A stretch of DNA of 64,000 nucleotides. Source: Schmidtea polychroa (lineage: Eukaryota). The DNA is taken from contig CM097885.1 in assembly GCA_044892525.1 (NCBI GenBank), positions 16,556,001 through 16,620,000 on the forward strand, written 5' to 3'. This document shows, one piece after another, positions 28,317 through 43,043 of the stretch. The notes below the pieces were generated by a model. The model worked only from the letters and a program-made list of their open reading frames with translations. It was not told where the DNA came from and did no database searches. The first letter of the stretch is position 1. Each line of letters starts with the position of its first letter. A program made the position numbers and the translations under genes.

Positions 28317-30229
28317 TAAAATACATTTTACATGTACAAAATGTTATAAGAATTTTTTTAACTCACTTGTGAAATTGTTAGATCATGGGATTAATGAATT
28401 CATTGATTGTTACCAATATGAAACAAACAAACTCAAAACTAGCCTGCCATTAGAAATTGCATCAAATATCGCAAAGCATTTAACCAATTGTCATCAATAT
28501 AAAGAAAATTTCATCTTCAATTAATAGTGAAAAATTAAAATTTTTATTATTACAATTTAAATGAATTTCACATTCATTGGGAAGCCCAATTATCCAAAGC
28601 CGTTTTGATATTCTTTGCTAGCCAACGAAAATGGATTTCAATTAATTTAAATTATAATTACTGATTGAAACAACAAACAAACCCACGAAAAAAAGCTTCT
28701 GAAAACCTCCAGCCAATTGATTTGTTTACTGGGAAACATTTCAATTGGGAAAATTTTACGATCCCGCTTTTCATCACGCCTCTTTTTCATTCCAGTTTAG
28801 TTTTCTGCAACTCGCGAATTAACCCAAAATTTCAATTAATTTACAACAATAATTTTTGTTCCCTTTTATTGTCGTTTGGATATTTATGTTTGCCCTGTCA
28901 TTGAGATTTAATTGTTTTTTAATATTGATATCGAATGAGTTAATTGCGATCATTTCAATGACAATTAGCTGATTGATTGCGCTGGCACCTTTTTGGCACG
29001 GTGAGGATCAGAGCCCATCGAATTCCTATCCCAATTAATAATGTGTAATGTACATTGCTATTTTCCCATCCTGAAGACAGTTGTGACATAAATCTTCGTT
29101 TTATTGTCATTGTTAATTATTTTATTGTTGTGTTTATTAATAATAATCATTATTGCAATAATAGTTTCATAATGAAACAAATTATATTATACAATTATGT
29201 TGATAATATTTTCAAGGTCATTGGCAATATCAGACCGGGTTTGGGGAGAGTCTCAATTTTGCCATTATAGGAAACAAATTGAGGAGTTTAAATACACCGT
29301 TTTACATTTTGGAGGATGAAAAATAATTGGTTTTTATCAGTAAAGGTTTTTTAATTTTTGTTCACCTTTTGACCTGTTTCTGTAGTCTTTTAACATTCCA
29401 TTTTATGTTATTACTATAAGAACTTTTTTCAGTTTTCACCACTGATTTCTTTTCAATTGACATTGTATTTATTACGACTATAATTTAATGAGAAAATTAT
29501 ATATAAATATAAAACATGTCCTTTAATTAGTAAATTATTGCAGTTAGTTTCTTAAACTTTATATACGTATTTTAATGAAAGTGTAAATTGTATTTGAAGA
29601 TGATAATGTTGATGTTCCAAGCACTTGAACCCTTTCCGTATTGTCCCTTTTGTAAAGAACCCCTTTCTCTTCTTATAGGACATTTCTAATGGATGACTTT
29701 TTCGCTAAAACAAAATTTGGAAACTTTCCTCAAATTTATAATAAAACCTTTAAATTAGAACTGAAGCTTGTTCTTTGGAACTGTGACCACAATTTGAAAA
29801 TATTTTGCTCCGAAAGTTGGAGTCCAAGCAGAAACTACTCTGTAAAATAGTCCCTTATCCATAATTTAAATCTAAATTTATCCGTAACATTTATTGGTCT
29901 AGTACTGATTATATAATTGAGATATAACTCTATTTATATTAGGTATAAAGTGATAATTACATGGTAGCAGCATTAATTAAATTTAAAACAATTAAATATA
30001 TTATTCGCTGCAAAAGGCTTAAATTATCATTTAATTGTTCTATTTATATTAAAATACATTTATTATTCATAAATATATTTACTAACATTATTTTACATTA
30101 TTATATTTCAATTGATATAAAATTCTTTATAATTTCAAAATATATTCTTGTGTGAATATACAAAAATGCAGAATAAAGAAAAATGCCTGGAGAAATGATG
30201 ACTATCAAATCAGAATTTTAATCCAACAA

Positions 30230-31247
30230 TTTACGAGTTGGTCCACAATTTTCAGTTAGAAGATTTTATTGCGGATTGTGGGGAAGCCAACTCAGCAAAT
30301 CAGAAGTGTAGCTCGGCGGGACCAGGAGGGCAATTTGTCCCGGTAGTCGACATGAAGGGGCGCCTTCCTTCGAATCAGGAAAAAGAGGAGGATGCCTGTA
30401 GAATCGGCACGAGATGTCGGGCTTTCGGAAGAAGAGGAGATTGTGCGAGTAATGAAGTGTTTTGGATAGATTTATTCGCTTCTAGATTTATTCGCTTCAG
30501 TGACTTGAACTCAAAATTTGGATTTTTACAGAAATTTCACAATCTTCTTAAAAGCGAAGATTTGAATACGCTTCACAAAAATTGCTTCGATTTAGCAAAT
30601 TTTTATGGCATTGATGTAGATGGCAAAGAACTATTTAATGAAATTCAGGACTGTAAAATGTTACTTACTACGAGAGATGATGCATTAACTTCAAAACCTT
30701 TGGAACTTATTTCTTTCATTATGTCGTATGGTAATAATATCTTTACCAATTTGCGCATTGCTCTGCAAATTCTTTTAACAATTGCAGTATCAATAGCCAG
30801 TTGCGAAGGTTCCGTCAGTAAGCTTAAGCTCATTTTCTCATATCTAAGGGTGTCGTTGGGACAAGATTGTCTCTGTGATCTTGCACTTTTCAGTGTACAA
30901 TATATAAAAATAGACTTTGATGGTATTATTGACAAATTTGCGGACATGAAGGTAAGAAAAATCAATTTAGTATGATGAATTTTTGGAATGGGTGCATTGG
31001 GTGGCAGTTGACATAAACTAATTGTTGGTAAAGGTTTGTCGTTGTAGCAGTTAAAATTTATTTTTCTTCAAATTGTCTTTCTTTGGTGTCTTTTTTAGGT
31101 GATAGTGTTATTATGTCATATTGAGTATTGATTACTGTGCTCTTATTTTTCAATGGCACCGAATACTGTGCTCCAATGTTTCAGTGACATGGGGGTGCAA
31201 AATTTATATCTTGTATCCGGGCGCCGAATGCTGTCGCTACGCCTCTG
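30230..31247 (+). mobile_element. 3' half of a degenerate hAT (ZMYM1-like) transposon with the C-terminal dimerisation domain
   Basis: NLRIALQILLTIAVSIASCEGSVSKLKLI..YLR.SLGQ motif; terminus GCTACGCCTCTG. Confidence 0.88.
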
Positions 31248-32852
31248 CACCAAATGAGTGCCGAATGGTTTAAGGATATTTGCTTATTGGAGTCCTCGAA
31301 TCAACCGGAAATTATAATCTTAACATGGAATCCAGAAACATTTACATTTGCTCATTCGTAACGAGGATGTACTGAATAAATGGTTTAAAGAGCATTCTAT
31401 TACCCAGCCAAGTTTAATAAAATATACGTTAATTTAGAAAAGGCGAACTTTTTTTGTTTTGAGTGCCAAGATTTTGTTTTTTAAGACTTTGATTGTTTTA
31501 GTTGCCAAAACTATTTTGGGAGTTAAAAGGATAGATTTAAAATTTGATTATATACTTTTGCTTGTTATTTACATTAATAGGCTCAAAACAGTTAAAGTTA
31601 TTACCAATACAACTAAGACTCTCATATTCCACCATTTCTAGGATACCGAACAATAATAATTAACCTGGCAAATAACGTAACATCGTACTTCCTCCAAGGC
31701 AAATTGAGAATGAATGACATAAGTTTATGCCCTTTTTACTTGATCTTCTATATAAATGTTTAAATTAGTGATTCTCTATTAAACAGTATTTCGGCTGATT
31801 GACATGTGTAGGAATTTAGGAGTTATGTTGTTTAAATTTTCTAGGGTTGCTTATAGATTTGTCATCGACTCTTCCCTATACACCTTCATGCTTATTTTAC
31901 CATGTTAGTGAACATCGATTTTTTGTGTTATTATTCCTTCTTGTTCATTTAGTTATGGTCTTCATTATTCAATGTTACTTTCAAAGATTTGAGCAGGGAT
32001 CTGACCTTATTTCATATTTCGATAATCTTATTCCTAGATGTTCTACAATGACTGTCAGTGGCTTTATATAGTCCTTGATGTGAGCATAAAATTGTATAAC
32101 TATTTTCATTAACCATTGGCAGTGGCTTGTATCATTTCGGTCAATATGAAATTCTGAAGTCCAACTCTTTGTTACAGGATGTTTTGCTAATTTTATATAG
32201 TATATCGCGGGATTTTGATCACACTTAGACTCTCATCAAAGCTACGATCACCTCTGTGACTCGATCACTCAGATGGATCTTGTGATGAATGACTTTAATG
32301 GGTGACACAATGCAAGTCAGCCCCTCACTGGGTCATTCCTCGGGCAACTGGATGACTTTCCAAGTAGGTAAAGGTCACTCTTGTACAGCTACAAGTTCAT
32401 CATCCACATATACATTCAAGCCAGGACTCTTTAATATATCCGCCGTCACTCAAAAGTTCACCATCCTCAGCCATTATTTTAAAAACTTCAAAACATACCT
32501 CAATTTTAATTCACATTTGGAAAATCTGGCTAAAGTTATTAATTGCATATTTCTATTTTAACCATTAATGCATTTTATATTACTATATTCGTGTTTGTCT
32601 CATTATTTTCCTTCGGCTCATATCCGTGTCACTCGAAAAATATCAAATTTCAATTTTTAATTAATTTTTCCACTTCAATTATTAATTTTTGAATTCCGTT
32701 AAATTGTGCTTTATCTATTTTGCACATAGATTTCTGCGCCTTTGTATTAAATTTTACACTAATCAAGACAACCCCAAAATAAGACATATATATTTCCTGT
32801 AACAAAATAAAGTTGTAAACTTATTTATCAGTATAAATTGATGACACTTGGT

Positions 32853-32924
32853 CAGTGGCGTAACGAGCGCAACTGGCATCTGGGGGCATGAGATACCCTC
32901 TTGTCTCTCCTCGCTACGCCAATG
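32853..32924. mobile_element. 72-bp miniature hAT element
   Basis: TIR CAGTGGCGTAACGAG / CTCGCTACGCCAATG; TSD CACTTGGT/CACTTGGC. Confidence 0.8.
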
Positions 32925-33361
32925 CACTTGGCCATGGCTGTTGTATTTTATCAAGGAAGGAAATCTATTTTTTAAATTATATGTACTGTTTGCTCCAAAC
33001 ACGTTTAGTAGCTATCAGGGAGTTTTATATTCATAGGAACTCTGGAAATCCTGAAAACAAGTAATGCATCAATGAATGCTTTTTGTATATAAGACTACAG
33101 GAAATGAAGCTCAATATGTAAGACAAAAAATAAGTATTATATATTTATTATGATCACAGTACAGATAAACTAAAAGAAACAGATAAAATAGGAATAGTGT
33201 TTTACACCAAAGGTGGCCAAACTGCGGCTCTTCAACATGTTTCATGCGACTCCTTAGAGCCGCAGAAAATTCATAGGTTTTAAAAATTTAATTTTTTTCT
33301 AAAATTAGAAACAACTTCGTTTATGAATAACAAAAAACTTTTTTATTATATTTTTAACATA

Positions 33362-33788
33362 CCGTATTTTTGGACCCTAAGGCGCACTTAAAATTCTTTA
33401 TTAAATCCTTTCATTTTCTCAAAAATCGTCAGTGCGCCTTATAATGCAGTGCGCCTAATTTATGGTTGTGCTTTCTGGCTTTCTGACCTAGAAACGGATT
33501 TTACACGGAAATATAAAAGTTTCTATAATCTTAAAAAAATGAAGAATTTGATGGATATTTGGTGGAGGAATAGAATAAACCAAAAAAGTCAGTGTTTTGT
33601 TTTGTATTTTATGTGTGTAATACTGAAAAATGTTGAGAAGTACTGTGAAAGAGTTGAATGGAGTTGAATAAAGTTTGACTTATCGGAATTTTGTGTTATT
33701 CAATGTGTGCGCCTAATAACCCGGTGCGCATTATGTATGGAAATAAAACCGTTAGCAGTCGATCAATGATATTGTCCGAAAAATACGG
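33362..33788. mobile_element. pogo/Tigger-like MITE
   Basis: TA-CCGTATTTTTGGAC ... GTCCGAAAAATACGG-TA. Confidence 0.8.
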
Positions 33789-33895
33789 TAAATTGCCGTT
33801 TCATGTCAATTTTAATTTTTCAAAAATAAGTTATGTAAACCACTAATAAAACTTTTAATTTGAATAATTATAATCAAAATTGAATAAAATACTAT

Positions 33896-34276
33896 CAGGG
33901 GTGTCCAACCCGTTAGACCCTTTGGGCCAAATAAAATTTTGTCGAAATAATTGGGTCAGATAAACACGAATATTTTTTTGGCAATCTTTATTACCATTAT
34001 TTTGTAATTGTGAATACAACCGATAAAATCTGGATAATAAAAAACAGCATAATAATTAATAATTGCAATATTTATTGTCAAAAAAAATAAAAAATTGCGT
34101 ATTTATATGAAATTTTTTATTAAAAAAATATTAATTCATTTTTAATGGGAACTTTGACAGACTTTTTTGAAATCAATAAATCAATTTTCGAGATTTTTAT
34201 GTGAAAAATATTACTTTTTTAATTTTACTTTGGGCCAAAGAGGAAAGTATTTTGGGTCGCGTGTTGGACACCCCTG
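33896..34276. mobile_element. hAT MITE
   Basis: TIR CAGGGGTGTCCAAC / GTTGGACACCCCTG. Confidence 0.8.
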
Positions 34277-34554
34277 ATTTACATACTGCTATACCGTAAA
34301 ATTGTTGTGGAAGATTCACGTGGAAGATTCTGAAAATTGTAAGAGTACATAAAAGTGATGACCGAACAAGTATAAGAAACATTTCTTTTAAAGCTCTAAG
34401 ATTTTTTCAACCGTTACAAAATCTATTTTTCTTAAACTGAAACAACTCATATTTATTGTTATTTATATATTTTCAGCATTCTTATGACCAATCTGTATTT
34501 TTATGGAACATATGAATGTAAGCATCGCTGGTTACTTTATTAGTAAATATATTT

Positions 34555-34882
<328 letters not shown>

Positions 34883-35012
34883 AAAATTGTAATATAATTT
34901 CAGAAGTTTCAATTCGTTTAATTAAATTAAATAGAAATAATATTATAATAAATGTACAGTGAAATCCAGTATAATCTTATATAAAGCCTTTTGAAAAGAA
35001 ATGTTCAGTCAT

Positions 35013-36618
<1,606 letters not shown>

Positions 36619-37680
36619 TGGAAATATATTTTGAATTTTCTCTACTTGTCAAATTTTTATACACAATGTTCAAAACTGGCATTTTCATTGGGCTTTAATT
36701 TGATTGGCTAGTCAATTAGCGAATTGATTTTAATTGGACCATTTATAATGTAAATTTATAGTTAATTTTCAGGTTGAAAATAGAACCTGATTATGATTTT
36801 AAAAGTGAACTAGATTTATTAATTATTTATTAATTTCTTTTGTATTAGTTTTTTGATTAAATAAATGTATTTTAAATATATCTATAAATATAAAAAAAGT
36901 TCTTGAAAAATGTAGATGGACAACTGTTGAAAGAGTACTTATGATTAAACAGCTCTTATTTGAGACTTGAAATACAATTCCTGATTTGTTCTTTTGGGAG
37001 TTTGAAAATGATTAAATCAAATTTCTTTATTGTCCGTATCTCATTGGTATTTATTGAATTTGATTTGTTTAAATAAACTGATTATTGAATTATTATAAAT
37101 ATTGATCATTATCTATAAGAACACTTGAAATTTATTGCAATATTATTGATTTTCTTTTCGCCTTGAGTTTTTATTGATTAAATAAATAAATAATCAATTA
37201 ACACAATTTCTAATTATCGATTAGAGGTGCTTATTCAAAATAGAATCAAAATAATATAGTTATTAATTCAATTCTAGGAAGTTTTAAGAATTTGAAGACT
37301 TACAATCCATTAAGAGAATATTTTAATAAATTCAACTGTATTATAAAATTACTTCAGCCTTTACCTGATACTGACGTCATGAGCGGATTTTCATAGAAGC
37401 AAAATAAGCACTTGGTTAGGGGCCCGGAAAATATCCCCTTACTTTCCACGAAAAAATTTTAATTGGCAAAATTACAAGTAGAAGTAATTACATTAGTTTA
37501 CATGTCATTGACCAGTGGCTACGTGGAAAAGTTTTTTAGCGTTGTTATTGAAATTTAAAAAAACTTTATGTATGTAAAAGACACATCATATATATCATCT
37601 TTGATACCAGGACATCATTTCTTTAGCTTTTCGAACATTGAAGCTATTTTTCGTTTGTATTTAAGATTGATGATATCAAT

Positions 37681-38116
37681 CAGGGCCGTCTGAAGGTCTT
37701 TTGGCACCCAGGGAAGGGTTAAATTTGTTGCCTCCCAAGACCCCACCAAAATAGCAACAACATAATGCCTGACTTTCTATTGGTTGTATTAAGTTTATTT
37801 TTAGAAGTCAGCGTTTGACCTACGTTGTCTCTTAGGAATTTATCTTCTTAACTGTGGTGGTCGCTAATATACAAATCAATGTCAAACGATAGAAAATTCA
37901 AAATAAACTTGAGTCACATATCGAATAAGTTGAAATCACGACGAAATAGTACAAATATTTATGCGTAGGTGTTTCTAATTTTAATTTAAGCATATACAAC
38001 TATTTGATGAGCGACTTTTCTTAAAATTATGGCATCGTTTTGGCGTCGCTTTTCCTTTATCTACGCCTCTGCATCCAGGGTTATCGCATATTCGCCAGCC
38101 CCTGTAAACGGCCCTC
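37681..38116. mobile_element. hAT MITE
   Basis: Termini CAGGGCCGTCT / AACGGCCCTC. Confidence 0.55.
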
Positions 38117-40359
38117 ATTTCGACTGCGCTGGAGAATAATAGTTAAGTAAAATGAAAAGGATAGAAAACAATACATAAAAATTAGTTGACGTAACTCATC
38201 ATTATAATATATTATAAGCATGGAACATAATAAATTGCAAATTCTCTACTTCCGCAATTTAATAGACCCTAACTACAGTAGCGGATTTAGCTATAGGCGT
38301 GGGGGGGGCGAGTCGCCCCTCCACGCCCCTGTTGAATCCTAATTGGCGCCCCCCAAAGATAATTTTATGAATTTTTTCTCTTATTAGAGTTTTGTCTGTG
38401 TACAAAGTTCAACTGGATTTAAGCAACTCCAGCTGTTATACTGCATCATATTAATAATATTACATAGCTCCAGTGAAGAGCGACTGTTTGAAGTTTTTAA
38501 GCTTGTATAGGGTTTGTACATAAATCTAACCATAATAATTATTGTCAATTTGGACTTTTTTGACAAACAAATTATTGCGTTACTATTGAAATATCAAAAT
38601 AATATTCAATATTGAATTAAAATAAAATTTAAATTATAGCCAGAACGTCGTTTATATTGAAAGTTTTTTTTACAAATAACATGATTTGAAATCATTGATT
38701 TCCAGATATAATTAATAACATTAAAAAATACAGGAAGCCTCTTGAAATTAAATTGTTTTATTAATTTTTTTTTGTCTTGGGTTTTTCCAACATTGTTTGA
38801 GCGCATCTATTAAAATGTGTTTAAATTAATCGAAAAATAGAATGGTTTGGAAATTCAGGGGGGACGTGGCTCCACTTGCGAACGCCCATGACTCAGTACA
38901 TTGCTTGGGCTTTCTTTTTTTGCCCAAAAAAGCAGATACTGCTGAAATTTCCACAGCTAGTTCTACCCCATTTATGCCAACAGAATCACCATCCGTTAAA
39001 TACATTCTAAATTCTTACTATGTTTTAGCAGCATTTTTTTGTACATGGTATTTAAATCGTATATGTTGTATAAGAATTGAAAATAGTTACTATGATTACT
39101 AAGATGTTCAAACCTAGCTTCTAGTGCATTTTTTGCCTGATCAATTGTAAAATAAAAAAAATATATTTTATATTTTTCTTTTGGATCTTTAATAGGTTCC
39201 TCTCGTGCTTCGTATGAGAAGTTCCTCTTTATTCTTCTAACGCGGCGCAGTGTTATTGTTGATCCAAAATTCGCCTCCACATCAATTTAGGTAGTAAGTT
39301 CTTTTCATTGAAGGACGAAGCCGATCGAAGATTCTTAAAAAGGCATTTTGCAGTTTTGTAAAAGATCAAGTACAGAGGGTAGATCAAAATCTTTTCTTTG
39401 CAACAACTTACTTATTGGATTTATACAATTTAGTATTTTATGCCAAATAACTATTGAACACAAAAACTTAAATTGTTTAATAAAATTTAATAAACCCGAG
39501 GCCTCGTATCTTATTAAATTATAAATTTCTTGTTTTTCGAAAATGCTTAGCAAGGCGTCGTATACATCTCCCAATTGGAATCTCAGAGGCTTCAAGGCCT
39601 CTATCCTACTTTTCCATCTAGTGTCACTCAATAGTTTCAAAGTTAAACCTTGAATATGTTTTAAAAGTATTGCCCATCGAAAAGTAGATGCTGAAAAAAA
39701 TTAATATATTTTTTGGACCATGTTGAAGAAATTAGCGGCTTCCAAGGATGCTTTTGCTATACTACACGGAATATAGAATTACGTTGTTTAATTCTAGATT
39801 GCACTCCTGCTTTATCACCCCTCATATTGGACCCGTTGTCGTATCCTTGCCCTCTGATATCCTGCAAATTTAAATCTAAGTTATTAAGTTCTGCGATTAT
39901 AATATCAGACATTTGTTTTCCTGTGGATCTTTCGACTGGTAAGAAGCCTAAAAATTTTTCATTAATTTCAATTTCAACATCAGCATCAAATTTACATATC
40001 TGATTACAAGGGTCATCTGCTCTAGGTTGCTAATGTCAGTAGTACAGTCTAAAATTAAGGAAAAGTATTTTATTTCTTCAATAATATAAGACTTGACAGT
40101 TTGATGCAGCAGATCTATTAGGAGGTTCATCCTGTAAAACATTAAAATCAGTTTTTGTTTCCATAAATTTTATTTCAATAAATATCAAAATCAAATTATA
40201 TCTTCCTTAATCTTTCTTATTTAAACAAATTTTCTACGAAGATATTTTTAATTAAAATATCTTCTTATTTTGTTTTTTTAAAAATTAATCTAAACTTTAA
40301 TTTTTAAAATTTTTAATTTAAAAATTTCTTCATCATAAAACTTCCTCATATCCCCCTTC

Positions 40360-42144
40360 TTAAGAAATTTTTAAGTTTTTCCACATTTCTTTCGATCCTT
40401 TTTCCATCTTCATTTCTTCAGATGTATCGCCTGTCATGCACTTTCTCTATCACTTTGTACGGACCTTCATACCTGTCCTGGCCTTTGTGGCGTGTTTCTA
40501 CTTTTACTAATACTTCTTCTCCTACATTGAATTTTCTCCTTGTTTGTTCTTCTATTTCTTCCTTTATCGGTATTTCTTTGGACCCGTACCATTTTTCCCT
40601 GCTAATCTTTTTTCCAAAAACTATCTCTGCCGGGCTTTTCCTTGTCGTTTTTGTTTGGTTGCATTTAAAGTGAATTCGACTTCTGGTAATATCTCTGCCC
40701 AATCCGTCTTCTTTCTATCCTGTAAAGTAGCATTTATCAAATTCCGTATTGTCCTGAATTGTCTTTCTATCTGACCGTTTGTTTGGTGATGGTATGGACT
40801 CGAAAAACATAATTAAATATCTAGCATCTTTGTGAATTCTCTCATCATTCCTGATTCAAACGCCTTTCCACAATCAACTCTTATCTCCTTTGGGCATCCA
40901 AATCTTAAAATCCACTTTTCTAAAATCGTTTTCTTTATTGTTTCTTCGTCTTGTTTTGTTATCGCTGTCAAGACTTGATACTTACTATACTGATCTATTA
41001 TGCCCAATATATACTTCTTAGGTCCTTTTGTTTCTGCCAACGGTCCACATATATCCACGAATATAATTTCGAACATTTCCTTCGAATCTTGTCTTTTTAC
41101 TGGTTCTTTCGTTGTTATTGTTAAAGCCTTGGTTTTTTGACAAATCTCACAACTTCGAACAATCTTCTGAATCTTACTCCACAGGTGTTTTCCAACATAT
41201 CTATCTTTCATATAATCGGCTATCTTCTCGACTCCAGCATGACACAATAGTCTATGTATTTCCTTTATTGTTTCTTGTAACTCATTTTCAGGTATCATCT
41301 TTTTCATTCGTACTTCTTCTACAATTCCATGTTGGATGTTGCTTCTTCCCTCTTCTCTGATCGAGTCTAGTAATCTTGTTTTTATCTTTCCTTTCTTAGC
41401 TTCTTCGTGGGCCATTTGACATTGAACACACGTGTCACATTTAGTTCTCGACACCATGTCTGCATTTTGGTGATTAATACCCTTTCTGTATTCTACTCTT
41501 ATATCTAAACTGCTCAAATAATTGATCCATGTTTGGAATTGTGAAGTAATCGGCTTCTTGGTTGTCATCATAAATGTGATTGCCTTGTGGTCTGTCCTAA
41601 GCGTGAATCTTCTTCCGTAGAGATAGTGCTTAAAATGAATGCAAAAATAATATACCGCCAATAGTTCCTTTCTTGTAATACAATATCCTTTCTCGTGGCT
41701 CGTCATCGAGTGTGATCCATACGCAATTACTCTTTCCTTTCCATCTTTATCTCTTTGTGAAAGTACTGCTCCAATGGTATTGAAACTAGCGTCGGTATCT
41801 AAAATGAACTCCTTTTTCAGATCCGGAAAACATAAGATTGGCGCCGTCGTGAGTGCTAATTTCAATCCCTCAAACACGCTATTCGTTCCTTCACTCCATT
41901 CTAATTTTTTGTTACTTGGTCTGCTACATAATTGTTCTAACATCCTTGCCTTCTTTGCATAATCACTGATGAATCTTCTATAATAATTACAAATACCTAA
42001 AAAGCTTCGGAGTTTCTTTACGCAATTAGGCTTCCCAAAGTTCTGTATGGCCTGAATTTTAGATGGATCTGTCTGTACTCCTTCCTTGCTGATTATGTGT
42101 CCTAAGAATCTGATTTCTTCCTTTATTATTTGGCATTTTAACAC
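40360..42144 (-). pseudogene. pol: Pol remnant: RT C-terminus, RNase H and integrase; in-frame stop at 40813 and downstream frameshifts
   Basis: KC...EIRFLGH, FILDTDAS..IGAVLSQ, ELLAV, RTDHKA, HHCC finger, DICGP, RVDCG, SPYHHQTNGQIER, RYEGPYKV. Confidence 0.92.
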
Positions 42145-43043
42145 TCCTTGGATCTATGACCATTTCTGCTACATCTTTCACAACGTATTTCCTGACACAA
42201 TCTTCTTATATGACCTTCTTTCCCACACCCAAAACATCTTAGAGCTTTTTTATCTGGACAGTTTCTACTTATATGTCCGCTTCTATGACATGTCCAGCAT
42301 TTTATTTTACCTTTTATTGGACAATCAATTTTCGTGTGTCCTATTTTGTGGCATAACCAGCCTTCTGGCATTTCTCTTCGGATACTTTCTTCTCTCTGTT
42401 CTTTCTTCTTGTATTGTACTCTTCCCTGTGGTTCCTGATAGACCACTCTGGCGTAACTTTTCATACTGTTTATCTGCTCTCTTTGCTTGTCTACTTTGTC
42501 CATCAGAGTTAGTGTTTCCTTTATTTCTTCTGTGCTTTTTATCTTCCGTAGTATCACTTCTTTCTCAACTTCTTTATTCTCCGCACATACTATTAACATC
42601 CTTGCTGTTAATTTCTCTTTGGTAAATTCTTTATTTTCGAACAACCTATCAACAAGGTCCTCCACCTTTTTAAAATACGTTTCTATTTCTTCACCCTTCC
42701 GCTTGTAATTCAACAAGTTTTGTAGATCCTTTAAAACATCTCTTTCACGATCGAATGCCAATCGCAACCTAGCCTGGAATCCTTCGGCTTTTTTCAGTGT
42801 TTTGGCGTACACTTCCAGGAGATCCTCATCAATCATGCAAGATGTTAATCTTTCCTGGTCTTTCTTCTGCGTGATTCCCTTGGCGTCGAAATAAATTTTG
42901 CATCTTTTAATGAACTTTTCCAAATCGTCCCCTTGGTAGAATACCTTTGGTAGCAATCTTTCGGTGATTGCGTCCGTGTTTACCGCTGCCACCATATTAG
43001 GATGTTCATCCTGTAAAACATTAAAATCAGTTTTTGTTTCCAT
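42138..43043 (-). CDS. gag: Gag with multiple CCHC zinc knuckles, truncated at the deletion junction
   Basis: CWTCHRSGHISRNC, CFGCGKEGHIRRLC, CERCSRNGHRSKEC. Confidence 0.9.
   Translation of the reverse strand: METKTDFNVLQDEHPNMVAAVNTDAITERLLPKVFYQGDDLEKFIKRCKIYFDAKGITQKKDQERLTSCMIDEDLLEVYAKTLKKAEGFQARLRLAFDRERDVLKDLQNLLNYKRKGEEIETYFKKVEDLVDRLFENKEFTKEKLTARMLIVCAENKEVEKEVILRKIKSTEEIKETLTLMDKVDKQREQINSMKSYARVVYQEPQGRVQYKKKEQREESIRREMPEGWLCHKIGHTKIDCPIKGKIKCWTCHRSGHISRNCPDKKALRCFGCGKEGHIRRLCQEIRCERCSRNGHRSKEC

Noticed and set aside
30238..30460. Apparent novel N-terminal domain on the hAT ORF
   Set aside because: It is an out-of-frame reading of transposase sequence; another frame gives RIRKKRRMP.ESARD.GL
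41112..42708. Plus-strand ORFs over gag-pol, and likewise 36133-36462 over the HMG box
   Set aside because: Antisense shadows of real coding sequence
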